This document shows positions 53,325-64,000 of a DNA stretch of 64,000 bases, in pieces. The stretch is from Paramecium tetraurelia. Taxonomy: Eukaryota. A program made the translations under genes and the position numbers. Each line of letters opens with the position of its first letter. Positions within the stretch are counted from its first letter, which is position 1. The stretch spans positions 186,001-250,000 of the forward strand of contig CT867993.1 in assembly GCA_000165425.1 (NCBI GenBank), written 5' to 3'. Below the pieces are notes generated by a model. The model saw only the letters and a list, made by a program, of their open reading frames with translations. It did no database searches and had not been told where the DNA came from.

Positions 53325-54370
53325 ATGGCGGATAGATTTGATGAGCATTTCTTTTTAATCGCAAAAGAAACAGGAGGAATCGAAGGGTTGTTAAATTCGT
53401 TATTCAGTTTTCTATTGCGAAGGACAGATTATTATTATGAATGTATTGCATGACAAAATCAATTTAGGTGATCCTGGAGATAAGATGGGATTTCCACCTG
53501 GAGTGGCCTTGAATATGTTAGGAAACATATTTAAAAAATATTAAGATGAACACTATAAAGTACATAAAAAGAAGTCTGCCTAAGAATATAAGGAGAAGTT
53601 GGAAATTTATTAAAAAAAGTAGAAGGAACTGTAAGAGAAGTAAAAAGAATAGGAAGAATTAAAGAAAGAAGCATAAAATCAGCAAAAGCAACAAAAGTAG
53701 GTTCAATCGTGTGAGAATAAAGAACAATAGGAGGTTTCGATTAAATAAGAGCAAAACCAATAAAAGAATGAGAGTTTTACTCACAAACAAAAAATAGATC
53801 CATACATTAATACTTATAATGGAGGAGAGACAGAAAAATATTCTTGGAGTTAATCTGGCAATGATGTGGTAGTAACAATGAAAGTTCCAGAAGGATCTAA
53901 CAAAAAAAATGTATTATATATTGTTAAGAATAATTCATTAGATCAAGGTGCTTATTACGGCAAACACATTAACAGTGAAGGTGAAGGATAATGTGGTTGT
54001 GGATGGAAAATTATACGACAAAGTAAAATGTGATGAGTCAGTATGGTCTATAGAGGAGAATCTATTGACCATCACTTTGGAGAAAGGGTAAGAGAACATT
54101 TGGAAAACTGTTATTCAAGGGGATTAAGAAATAGATGCAACGAAGGTTGAGAATACAAAACCTTTAGATGATTTTGATTCTGAAACTCAAGGGGCAATCA
54201 GAAAGATTATGTACGATTAACAAAGGAAATAGCAAGGATTGCCAACTACTGAGGAGGAGTAACAATTAGAGATGTTAAAGAAAGCTTGGGATGCTGAGGG
54301 CAGTCCATTCAAGGGTTAGCCTTTTGACCCGAGCAAATTCAATCTTAGCAATGGTTAAATATAGTTCTGA
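53325..54370 (+). CDS. NudC family co-chaperone (NUDCD3/NudCL-like, CS domain)
   Basis: GGIEGLLNSLFSFLLRRTDYY, MGFPPGVA, YNGGETEKYSWSQ, ETQGAIRKIMYDQQRKQQGLPT, LKKAWDAEGSPFKGQPFDP. Confidence 0.9.
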
Positions 54371-54434
54371 GATATTATAGATATTATATTATGTTGATAT
54401 ATAATTATATATATATATATAAAAATTTGATTGA

Positions 54435-57400
54435 ATGTCTGTAAACTAAATAATCGAATAAGTACTTGTGAGTATGTTGGATTTTGAGAACACAGACTTC
54501 AAGTTATCTAAGAAATCTCAGATACTGGAATTGATTGAGAGAGATGAACTATTAGTTATGGAAAGACAATGGCCTGCAAAACGATTAAATATGGTGGAAT
54601 TCATAAAATTGATGATTCCTATAGTGCATCATAAATAGAGTGAACTGTTATATTTGGTGATGGGATTGATTGAATTATATAAAGATGTTGTATCAATAAG
54701 TTAATAGAATGAACTCAGCTTGTAAGATGTTACAAGTTATGTATGTTAAGTAGATACTAGTGAAAATACTATGGTGCCATAACGTTTAATATCAGATCCG
54801 AAGAAGTTCAACTTGAACAAAACAAGAATCAGAGAAATAGATGTGGTAAGTTATAAATTTGACAATTCTAGGAATCAGCCAAAATTATTGGTAGCAATGA
54901 TAATGAGATATTTCATATAGTTCCAAATTAATTGTAAAATGACTCAATCAGACATCATAATGGTATTGTTCATACAGGTGTATATTGCAGCAAACAAATT
55001 ATAACACTGGATAGTTTGGATTCAAAGATTAATATCTATCATGTTGATGGTTCATTGAAACAAATGGTCAAGATATCTCAACATGAAGATAAAGAAACCA
55101 TCATTTTGAGTTTCGCTTGGTCTGACAGATAACAGAGAGTAATCTAAAATATTATATATTAAGATTGGCTTGACTCTAAAATCACATTCCATCTGCATGT
55201 ATGAGGGTGACTTTAAAAAATATCGTATATTCTCAACTGTTTTGGCCTCATAGGAATATCAAACCAACATTTGGTTTCTAGAGAACCAGAATTAATGGGT
55301 TACTACAGATAGCACTTTTAAATTATACTTTTGGGATCTATTGAATGAGTCAGCTAGTCTAATCTTTCAGAATAAATGCATCTAGGGAAATATCATTGAA
55401 TGTGTAGAAGTAGTTCATATGAAAATGATAGCGACTGCCTCCTTAGACAAGTAAGTGGCCTTATGGGATATCTAGAATGGAGAAATTAAAATTACATTGT
55501 CACTCAAAGAATATGGGGGTATTCATAGTTTAGTCTATTCTTATTACTACTAAGTCTTCATTACATGTGGATATTCTACGTATATAAATGTATATGACAT
55601 CAATCCTAAATATCATGATGTAACTCAGATAGGTAAAATGACAGGACACACTTCCATGTTAACATCTATTCTCATGGTTGGAAAGTTACCTGTGTTGGTC
55701 TCTGGTGATGATAGTGGATCCTTAAGATTATGGGATATTAGAACATTTTCTTGTCTTCAATCCCTTAATTTTGGAAAGAAAACTCAAATCACTAAACTAC
55801 TAGATATGTCTGATATTAATATGTTATGTTTTCTTGGATCAAGAGTGAACATTCTAAAATTAGATATTAAACATAATGAAGAAATTGAAAATTATGCAAT
55901 TAAAGTTGAATTTGATCAATAAAGAGATGAATTAATTGTGGCAACTAAAAAATAAATAATATTCCTTGACATTTTTACTGGCAAAATTAAAACTATATTG
56001 AATGGGCTACTATCAGAATTCGAAGATGACATCACTTAATTTAGACCTCTCAATTATTTCAATAAATTCATTTTGGCAGATTCTAAAGGTAACGCTAAGA
56101 TTTATTATCATAATGGAGAATACATTTCATCATTGAAAGGTCATTCAGACATTAATGTATTAAAATTAGACATTTTAAACAAACTAATTATTACAGCAAA
56201 TTAAGATTGCATTCTTATTCAAAAAATGAATGGGGAAATTCTGAGAGAAATTACTCATTTCGAGGCTTCCCAATTAGAATTATCTGTTCATCATTCTCTC
56301 ATTCTATTATCCTAAGGCTCTAAACTATATTATATAGATTATGAATTTGTTAAATGTCTCGGAGTTCTGGAATTTGATGCAGAAATTACCAACATTATTA
56401 TCATAGCTAATTATCCCTTATTGGCTGTCTCTACCATACAAGGAAAAGTAATATTTATTAAATTCAATATCAAAGAGCACATTTAAGTTGATTCAGAACT
56501 CTATGATCTCTATGATGTGGGTTCAAATAACTATATTACTGAAGATACAGAATAGGAATTTGTGACCAAGATGCTATTCAATTTGAAAGAACTAGAGCTA
56601 TTGTTTGCAACTTCGGAAAGCAATATCATCAGAATATCTTTAAATTTAGATGATTTAGCAACTACAGAGCCAATCCATGAGAGAATCAATTATAATCCTC
56701 TCAGAAAAGCTAGAGAGTAACTGTTGTTTAGTGAACCTTAAAAAATTTCCATTCCTCAAAACTTTACAAGCATTAAAAATTTACATATGTTTAAAGTCTC
56801 AAAAAAACAGATAATTTCTCTTAACTTCCTAGAATTAGACAATCGCTATATTTTAATCTCTACTATTGATGGATAAATTTCAATTTTCGATCTGATTGGA
56901 AACTTAATTGCTTTATATAATATTAATCATCCTTTGCCTATCAAATGGAACATCTAGTATTCAAAATAAGGAGAACTAAGAAAAAGAATCATTTATGGTT
57001 TTAAAGTCATCGACATTTTAAGAAAGTAATCTAAATCCGAAAAGGAAGCTGAATAATACAATTTAGTTGAATCTCTGGCAGTCACTGGTAGGATTCCATT
57101 AAAATCACCCAGATAATATATAACGACTGTCATGAGAGATGAATTCAGTCCTAGAGATCTTAAATTCAATAAAATTAGACATCTCTATTAAGCGGAAGTG
57201 TAAGGCCCAACTCTTAAATAGCTTGAGGCTTAGAGAAGACTAGTAGAAGTTTAGAATATGTTTAAAGATGATTCTAAAGATCCAAAGCTAGATCTTATGC
57301 TCAAATAAAAAGAGAGGGAAAGATAAAAGGTAATTGATAGAGCAAGCAATTTAAATTTCTTAGATCCTGAATTTAGAGACAAATCTTTATTAAATACTAA

Positions 57401-57923
57401 ATTCTTCTAAAATAATTAATATCTTACTAATCTAAATTTAAGACTAGAAAATACAGAAAGATAAGATTATTCTTAACACACTAACAAGGAAATCAATAAT
57501 AATAATACTAATAATAAATAAAACATATCTCTTCCTATCAATAATCGACATCATAAATCTATCACTAAAAAGAAATCAGTATCTGATTTTTATCAATATG
57601 CTGTCGAAAAAAACCTATTTAATAACGATCAAAACACTATAGATACATTTGCATCGCAAAGTAGTTTGAGACCTATTCAAATTAGCACTAATCGATAAAT
57701 GAAATCCATTGGATCTTCCTTAATATCAAGTGACTTAACTTGGCATGGATAACATCGATAACAGCAAAAAGATTTATCTACAGTGCTTCATAACTTAAAT
57801 CAAAAACTAAGACTTAGCAAAAACTCTTAAATTAATGAACCCATCTTAAAGGATATCTCCAAGTCAGACATTACATTTGAGGAATAAATCGACGATTTTA
57901 CAAAGCGACACAAACTTAAATGA
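54435..57923 (+). CDS. Large WD40-repeat protein with degenerate EF-hand-like N-terminus
   Basis: WD units ATASLDKQVALWD, MTGHTSMLTSI...VSGDDSGSLRLWD, LKGHSDI; N-terminal helical region; TGA 57921-57923. Confidence 0.85.
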
Positions 57924-58005
57924 AATTTATATTTACATAAAATATATATATTAAATATTAAAAATTATATATATATTATGATATATTTTAATCTTATATT
58001 GTATG

Positions 58006-58501
58006 TCATTTCTGTGTCAAATTCATCGGACTTTGAAAGACTTGATTTGAATTAGATAGTAAAATTAGTTATTTTTGAATCCCTTCGCACCATTGTTAAA
58101 TCAGACAGAAATTGTTGAGCTCTATTTCTTCAGTAAATTTCTCGTTTTAATTAGTTTTTTCTTTTTATCCTATATTTGAATTTTCTATACAATTTTCTGT
58201 TTTTTATGATGAAAGAACTGTTGACATCAAAGGATATATTGGATTTAATACAATTTCATATGTCCTTGTTAGTTTTCGAATTTTTCTGGTTCTACTTGGC
58301 TTTTTCCCCACTCTACCCTCTCTCTAAAAAGTGTTTATTATCGATTTACAAGTAGACTATAAGATGTTGTACTCTTATGCCACCTAAATCATTAATGCAG
58401 AATACTTCCATTAAGGATTTTTTTTCATTTAGAATCTTGTGAATAATTTATCCTCTTAACTCATTTTTGATTTTGCAATATTGTTTCTTAGAGTAATCCA
58501 T
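58006..58501 (-). CDS. Small helix-turn-helix (homeodomain-like) DNA-binding protein
   Basis: YCKIKNELRGQIIHKILNEKKSLMEVAQEYNILQSTCKSIINTFQREGRVGKK after removing a 22-nt intron. Confidence 0.65.
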
Positions 58502-58981
58502 TTTGATAAATATTTATATTTTATTTGATTGAATTTGCTAATCATTTTAATTATATAATAAGAATCTTTTTTTCAATTAAAATTATGTTCAAAGTCTCTT
58601 CTCAACCTTTAATTTTTGATCATTTGTTTAATTCTTATAAAATATCCATTATCATAAAAGTTTAGAAAAGAAGAGTTAAATCAATTTTTTGAAAATTCCA
58701 TCATCTTATTTATCTTAAATAAATTTATCAAGAAATTTAATCTCATCCAAGTGGAATTTTACTTAATTCAAATAGCTAATGACATTTCTTTTATTTTGTT
58801 TAATGCCTCCATCATTCATTAGAAGATTGGAAAAATTATTATATTTCAAATTTTGATACTTTAGAAGATTTTTATCATTTTTATTTAGAAAAACCCTTCG
58901 CATATTAATGTATTCGAATATTAACATCTAATTATAATTATTATTCAAAATTATTAAATTATAATTATTATTAACAGTAAG

Positions 58982-60631
58982 ATGGCTTACAGTATTTCTA
59001 AAGAAGCTCAATAACTTCTGTGTGAGATCATAAATTAAATAAGTCTGACCGAGAGGAGAGCAGAACAAATAAGAATATAATTATGCAGAAAAACTAGTTT
59101 CAATCCATACGCTAGCTTCAAAAGGTAATGCATGTAGCAAACCCTAGATTAGATTTAATGAACACTAATTAAATTAAACCTGAATAGGTAGTACAACTTT
59201 TGAAAGAGAATGATTTCTTCGTTTAAGAGCTAAACACATTGTTTAATAAAACATTTTTGAAGGAATTTCTTAATTATCAAGAGTATAATTAATAGTTGCT
59301 AATTTTTAAGCTTTTTAAACTTAATTTTACCAAAAACCGATAGTGAATTGAGAGAGATCACAGCTATGAAATAACCAACAAAATCTGCTGTAGAAAAATA
59401 GATAGATTACACATTAGCTTAATTATTCAATTTGTATTTCCAATACTAATTATAGAGAATATAATGAAGCTATAAATTTAGAAAGACTGAAAACTAGATT
59501 AAGTAATCAATATAATGCTGATCAAATGTTTTAAAGTTTGGATTCTCTAAATAACAATATCCTTAATTTTAAGGATTTCGATAGGTTCTTTAGAAGGAAT
59601 GGGCTGCTGTTATATGAGGAAGAACTGGTAATTGAAACTATAATTGATAGATAGCATTTTTTTATAGAATAGATCTTCAAAGGACAGGATAGATTACTTT
59701 GAATGAGTTTAGAAGAATGTTAGAACCTCTCCAAAGATCTGAATAGCCAATTTCAACAAATACTCTATAAACTCCAAAATAGACAATTTCATAACCCAAA
59801 TTTTCTAGTACCTTTAAAGACTAAGTTGGCAGTGGTAATAAAGCTGGACAAATAGTATAAACCAGAACCTTCTCAGCAAGCAATAAAAAAAAGTTTCAAT
59901 CTACTAGAAGAACGTCATCTATTACAGAAAGTCTATAAACAACAAAATTAACAGAGAATTTTTTAAATGATGAATAAAGATTTATTGATTTAGGATTGGA
60001 AGTCTTAAAATTGGAAATGTATTTAGAAGAAATAAGATTAAAATTATAATAGTAAAAAGATTTCAACACTATGGATTTTTTTCATTTTATGGATTTGAAG
60101 AACAAAGGTAAAGTGAATCAACATGAATTTGCGTATTTTTTGGAACAAATATAACTCAAAAATATTGATGTTATTGACTTGTTTAATTATTTGGATACAG
60201 ATTTAGATGGGTTTATTAGATATTCAGATGTTTCTGAATTTATTTCTCCTTCAAATATCAGCTCAACTTACATTTGTAAGAAACCAGCTAAAAATAGTCA
60301 TCTCTCATATTCAATCTCCTAATTATTCTCAAAAACTACTATAGTATTGATTCAGTTGCTATTTAATTAGTGGAATGCAAATGAAAAAATCATTAGACAA
60401 AAAAAAAAATAATTCTTGAATGAATAAAGTCTATATTAAATATTCAATAAACTTGATCAATACAAAAAAGGGAAATTCAATCGATAAGATGTATTTTTAT
60501 TATTAATTTAGCTTCAACGGTTTTTTGATCTTTATAATGTTAAAGACGATATTAAATTACTGTATAAACGATTGGGAAAACTCAACAAAGAGATTAATTA
60601 TAAGGAATTTGAATTATTTTTTATCAACTGA
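58982..60631 (+). CDS. Multi EF-hand protein
   Basis: FFYRIDLQRTGQITLNEF, FMDLKNKGKVNQHEF, YLDTDLDGFIRYSDV, KLDQYKKGKFNRQD; duplicated N-half/C-half organisation. Confidence 0.8.
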
Positions 60632-60634
60632 TAC

Positions 60635-61478
60635 TCACAAATACAATTGATAAAATCTATCTATAGAATAGTGAATTTATCTATTCACTTTCGCCTTGTT
60701 CTATTGATGTAAATCATTAGGATTGTAAATTTATTAATCTTCTCTCTTATCCCAATATTAAGTATTCAGGTCTGCCAAAGTTTTATCCATTTAATTCTAA
60801 ACTTCGTTATTTATAAATATGTCGATGTAATTTGTGAATTCTTCTGGTAGATTTAATTGGTATCCTATTAATTGAATGATGTCAGCAACCGTTGTGATTA
60901 GAGGAGCTTTGATGAAATTTTTATCAATTTGGTTGATCAACTAATTTTAAGCACAGAGTTAAATATTGCAAGATTGATTGGTATTGGTTTAAGCGACAAA
61001 TTTTTAAAGCTTATCATTTTTCTATTTTTATTATCTAAAATTTTTAATCTCTTATTATATTAATAATTCTTCCTGCATTCGATATTATTTGATATCAGGA
61101 ACTACAGTATTGAGTATTTTATTCACAACCTCATCAACACGTAAGTCTCTCCTAGTTGCTATTTTTTTTCTACATGTGGGACATGACTTTTCTCTTTAGA
61201 ATCTTATGCTCTTTTCAATACATTCCTTACAAAACCTATGACTACAATCCTTAACTGAGTTCAATTAAATAAATACTATAGACTGGCTATTCAAATAAAC
61301 TTAAACAGATGGGACATTAAAGTTCATCAAATATTTTCGCCACTTGATGATCTGTAGGTTCTTTGTCAGAATCTATTAATGCACGAACCTTGAATATTCC
61401 AATTAAATTATTTGTTTATTCATCTACTATATCTTCAGAGTCTGATTAGTCTGAGGCTTCTTTTAATGTTCCGAGCAT
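60635..61478 (-). CDS. RING1/RNF2-like C3HC4 RING protein with possible RAWUL domain (5' end unresolved)
   Basis: ELQCPICLSLFEQPVYIKDCSHRFCKECIEKSIRFQREKSCPTCRKKIATRRDLRVDEVVNKILNTVVPDIKQYRMQEE; C-terminal FIKAPLITTVADIIQLIGYQLNL...DKTLADL. Confidence 0.72.
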
Positions 61479-61559
61479 AAATTTAAAAGAATATTATTGT
61501 TTATTTATAATTTTTTCAAGTGATTTTTGTTTTACTAATATATAATGCTATTTTAATTA

Positions 61560-61901
61560 TCATGCCCTTTGTGATGAACTGCATCTTGGTTTTAATTTCG
61601 GTAATGTACATGTAGTCTTATTCTAAGTATTTATTTTCTTTATAGTCTGAAACTCTATTGCGTCACTAGTAGTATTCAATGCAGATTTAATATTTGTTAT
61701 GTTTTAATGAATTTTTTGATTCTCTTAAAAAATTTCTGTCCATTTCTCATTTTCCAATCTTCGAAATTAAGATTGCACAGAATAATGAATTTCTTATTTT
61801 GGCTTTCTCAATTTTATTTTTTGTATTTAATTCGTCAAATGTTTCTAAGTTAGAGCTCTTCTTATTTTATCATTCAAAGATAGTGTATATTCAAATATCA
61901 T
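61560..61901 (-). CDS. Small basic hypothetical protein (113 aa)
   Basis: Uninterrupted frame MIFEYTLSLNDKIRRALTQKHL...WTEIFQENQKIHQNITNIKS...SSSQRA*. Confidence 0.55.
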
Positions 61902-62987
61902 ATTCGTTAAAATTAATATAATTATAATATATGAATTTAATGAGTTTAGAAAACTATACTATGCTCATTAATATTATTCATTTTTACCTTAATGTTATTT
62001 GACCAAATATATATTATATGAGTGAAATCTATTTCCTAACTTATTTAATTATCATTAGTTTTGATTGTGTATTCAAACCAGCCATAGTAGTCTGGCATAG
62101 TATCAATATAAAACGAAAATGAAGAATAGTTCTCTAGTTAACGCCAAATTTAAATTAGATTTTCCTCTTTTTCTTATTATTGTTGAATTTATTAAATTGT
62201 AGAACACAAAATCAAAAAATAAGAAAATAATAACAAAAACTAAGAAGATAACGAATATAAATTCAATGACATATTCAAATACTTATTATTACTTGCTCTC
62301 TTTTTCATAAATCAATTAAAGTAATAATTTATGGTATCACTTTACTATCTGATGCAATTAGTCCTAAATTGAATAATCATGAAATCAAAATAAATTGTAA
62401 CTAATGAAATAAATATATTTGTATGAATTGTTATCAGATAATAAATAAGAAGCAAATTTAGTCTTTGAGGTTTCCTAACTTTGATAATAATTAAGAAATA
62501 TGAGAATATTATGTGTAAAAAATATTTAATCAATATATATCATCAATATTTACATCAATTAGCAATTATGATAAAACACTCCATAACATTGTATAATCTT
62601 AATGCCTATTAAAATTAACAATCATGATAAATTTTGTAGAAAATAATTATTAACAAGCAAAACTAATTATTATTTAGAAATAAATTCTATTGAATTTTTT
62701 TTTAGAAAAGAAAGAAATTATACTTAAATTAATTTCTAAGTATTCTCTGAAATACTAATGTCTTTATTAGTATTGACACATATGTTCACCTTTTGTAGAA
62801 TTTTCTAAGTAAAATTGATCTATAGCCTTAAATAATTTATTGATTAACATAAATCAACAACTACAAAATAGATACTAATAAATTAACTTATATGTTGATT
62901 ACTATTTAAATTATCTTTTAGTGATAATTTGTAATAAATTATATAAATTATTTTTAATAATGAAAATAATAATTGACGCCATAAATT

Positions 62988-64000
62988 ATGAATCAGATTA
63001 GAATAATTATTAAGTAAAATTAAAATGTGGACCAACAGTGTTATAAACAGTGTTAGGAAACAATTGGAATCACAGGTTTGTTTTAGAACATAAAAAAACA
63101 TCAGAAATCAGAGTTGAAGTTTGGCAGAAACCTAATGAGGAATACTAATTAATTGGAGATTCAATAGTTTAGAGAATAGAGGGTGCATAAAGATTGAAAA
63201 TAAAATAAAATAACAAGGAATAGGGTTTTATCAATGTGTTTTATAAGGAAGTGAAGGACTCAGTTACACAATAAATTCTTAGTTAAGACTCATTGAATGT
63301 AAGTATTAAATGAACTTTAGTTATCCAAAATAGAAAAATAAGCTTAAGCCCTTTAGAAATTGAATGATTCATTATCGATGATGCCCAGTCCACGTCAAGA
63401 TTTTGGATCCGTAAATGAATATTTCTCATAATAATTTTAAAATGAAGATATAGTAGGAAATTCGAAGTAAGTAGCTACTAAACTCGTAAAGGAATCATTT
63501 GATAGAGTATTACAAAACATCCAAATTGAAAAAGAAACTCATATTCAAGAGGATGATGAAATGGTGGAAAACGAAATAGAAAAAAAAAATATTGAGAAGG
63601 TGCAAAAGTAATTGATGAAAATTGATTGTAATAAATTGGAGAGAAAAAGAAAACAAATAAGTTCTGAGATTCTCTAATTAGATGAGATAGCTTAATCATT
63701 GAGAATAGATCAGATAGATTAAAAATAATAAATATAAAATCTAAGACAGGATTTGTTATAGAAATTGCTTTATCTTGAAGAATAGATTGAGCATTTAAAG
63801 AAGTAAATAAGAAAGTAGAAACATCATGTGTTTGGAACAAATCCTAATTTAGTAAATAGTGAAATAGAAATGAGTTCGATTAATTTATAAAAATAATTTG
63901 TTGAAAAATGGTAATAAGATCCTAATGTCGAAAAACAAAGACAAGATTTCATATAGAAGTAGATACAGGAATGGAATGACATTTAAATTTAAAGGAAAAA
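62988..64000 (+). CDS. Hypothetical protein with coiled-coil region (3' truncated by window edge)
   Basis: MNQIRIIIKQNQNVDQ, two small introns, EIRVEVWQKPNEEYQLIGDSIV then E/K/Q-rich helix; open to the window end. Confidence 0.6.

Noticed and set aside
1860..63840. Many hydrophobic F/L/I-rich ORFs in the supplied track (e.g. 1860-2093, 10771-10992, 21638-21865, 27974-28441, 63478-63840)
   Set aside because: They are antisense or off-frame shadows of real E/K/Q-rich code-6 genes.
1..64000. Retained IESs, telomeric repeats, transposons, tRNA or rRNA genes
   Set aside because: No TA-bounded insertions interrupting genes, no C4A2/C3A3 tracts, no transposase catalytic domain and no recognisable structured RNA were seen by eye; a covariance-model scan was not run.

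Overview
Very AT-rich, gene-dense eukaryotic DNA from a ciliate macronuclear chromosome, almost certainly Paramecium (aurelia-type). Genes read only with genetic code 6 (TAA/TAG = Gln, TGA the sole stop) and carry tiny 20-30 nt GT..AG introns, so the supplied standard-code ORF track shows only fragments. Manual translation gives about 33 genes or gene relics. These include MNS1, a NEK kinase, a multi-ubiquitin-like protein ending in Gly-Gly, a GPCR fused to a degenerate PIP-kinase domain, an NBR1-like protein, an 8-repeat EF-hand (CFAP115-like) protein, MnSOD, a globular-domain-less histone-H1-like protein, major vault protein, a MORN protein, an ABCC transporter, the ion-channel-fused adenylyl cyclase, phospholipase D, several kinases and pseudokinases, a TFIIB-like core protein, a NudC-family protein, WD40 and EF-hand proteins, an HTH protein and a RING1-like protein. 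The most striking observation is a secreted, intron-containing gene at 47541-48158. Its product carries the motifs of the bacterial Tlde1/DUF2778 (L,D-transpeptidase-related, peptidoglycan-targeting) family and is followed by a decayed tandem copy, which makes it a candidate domesticated antibacterial enzyme in a bacterivore. All family calls are by-eye motif recognition; no database searches were run.
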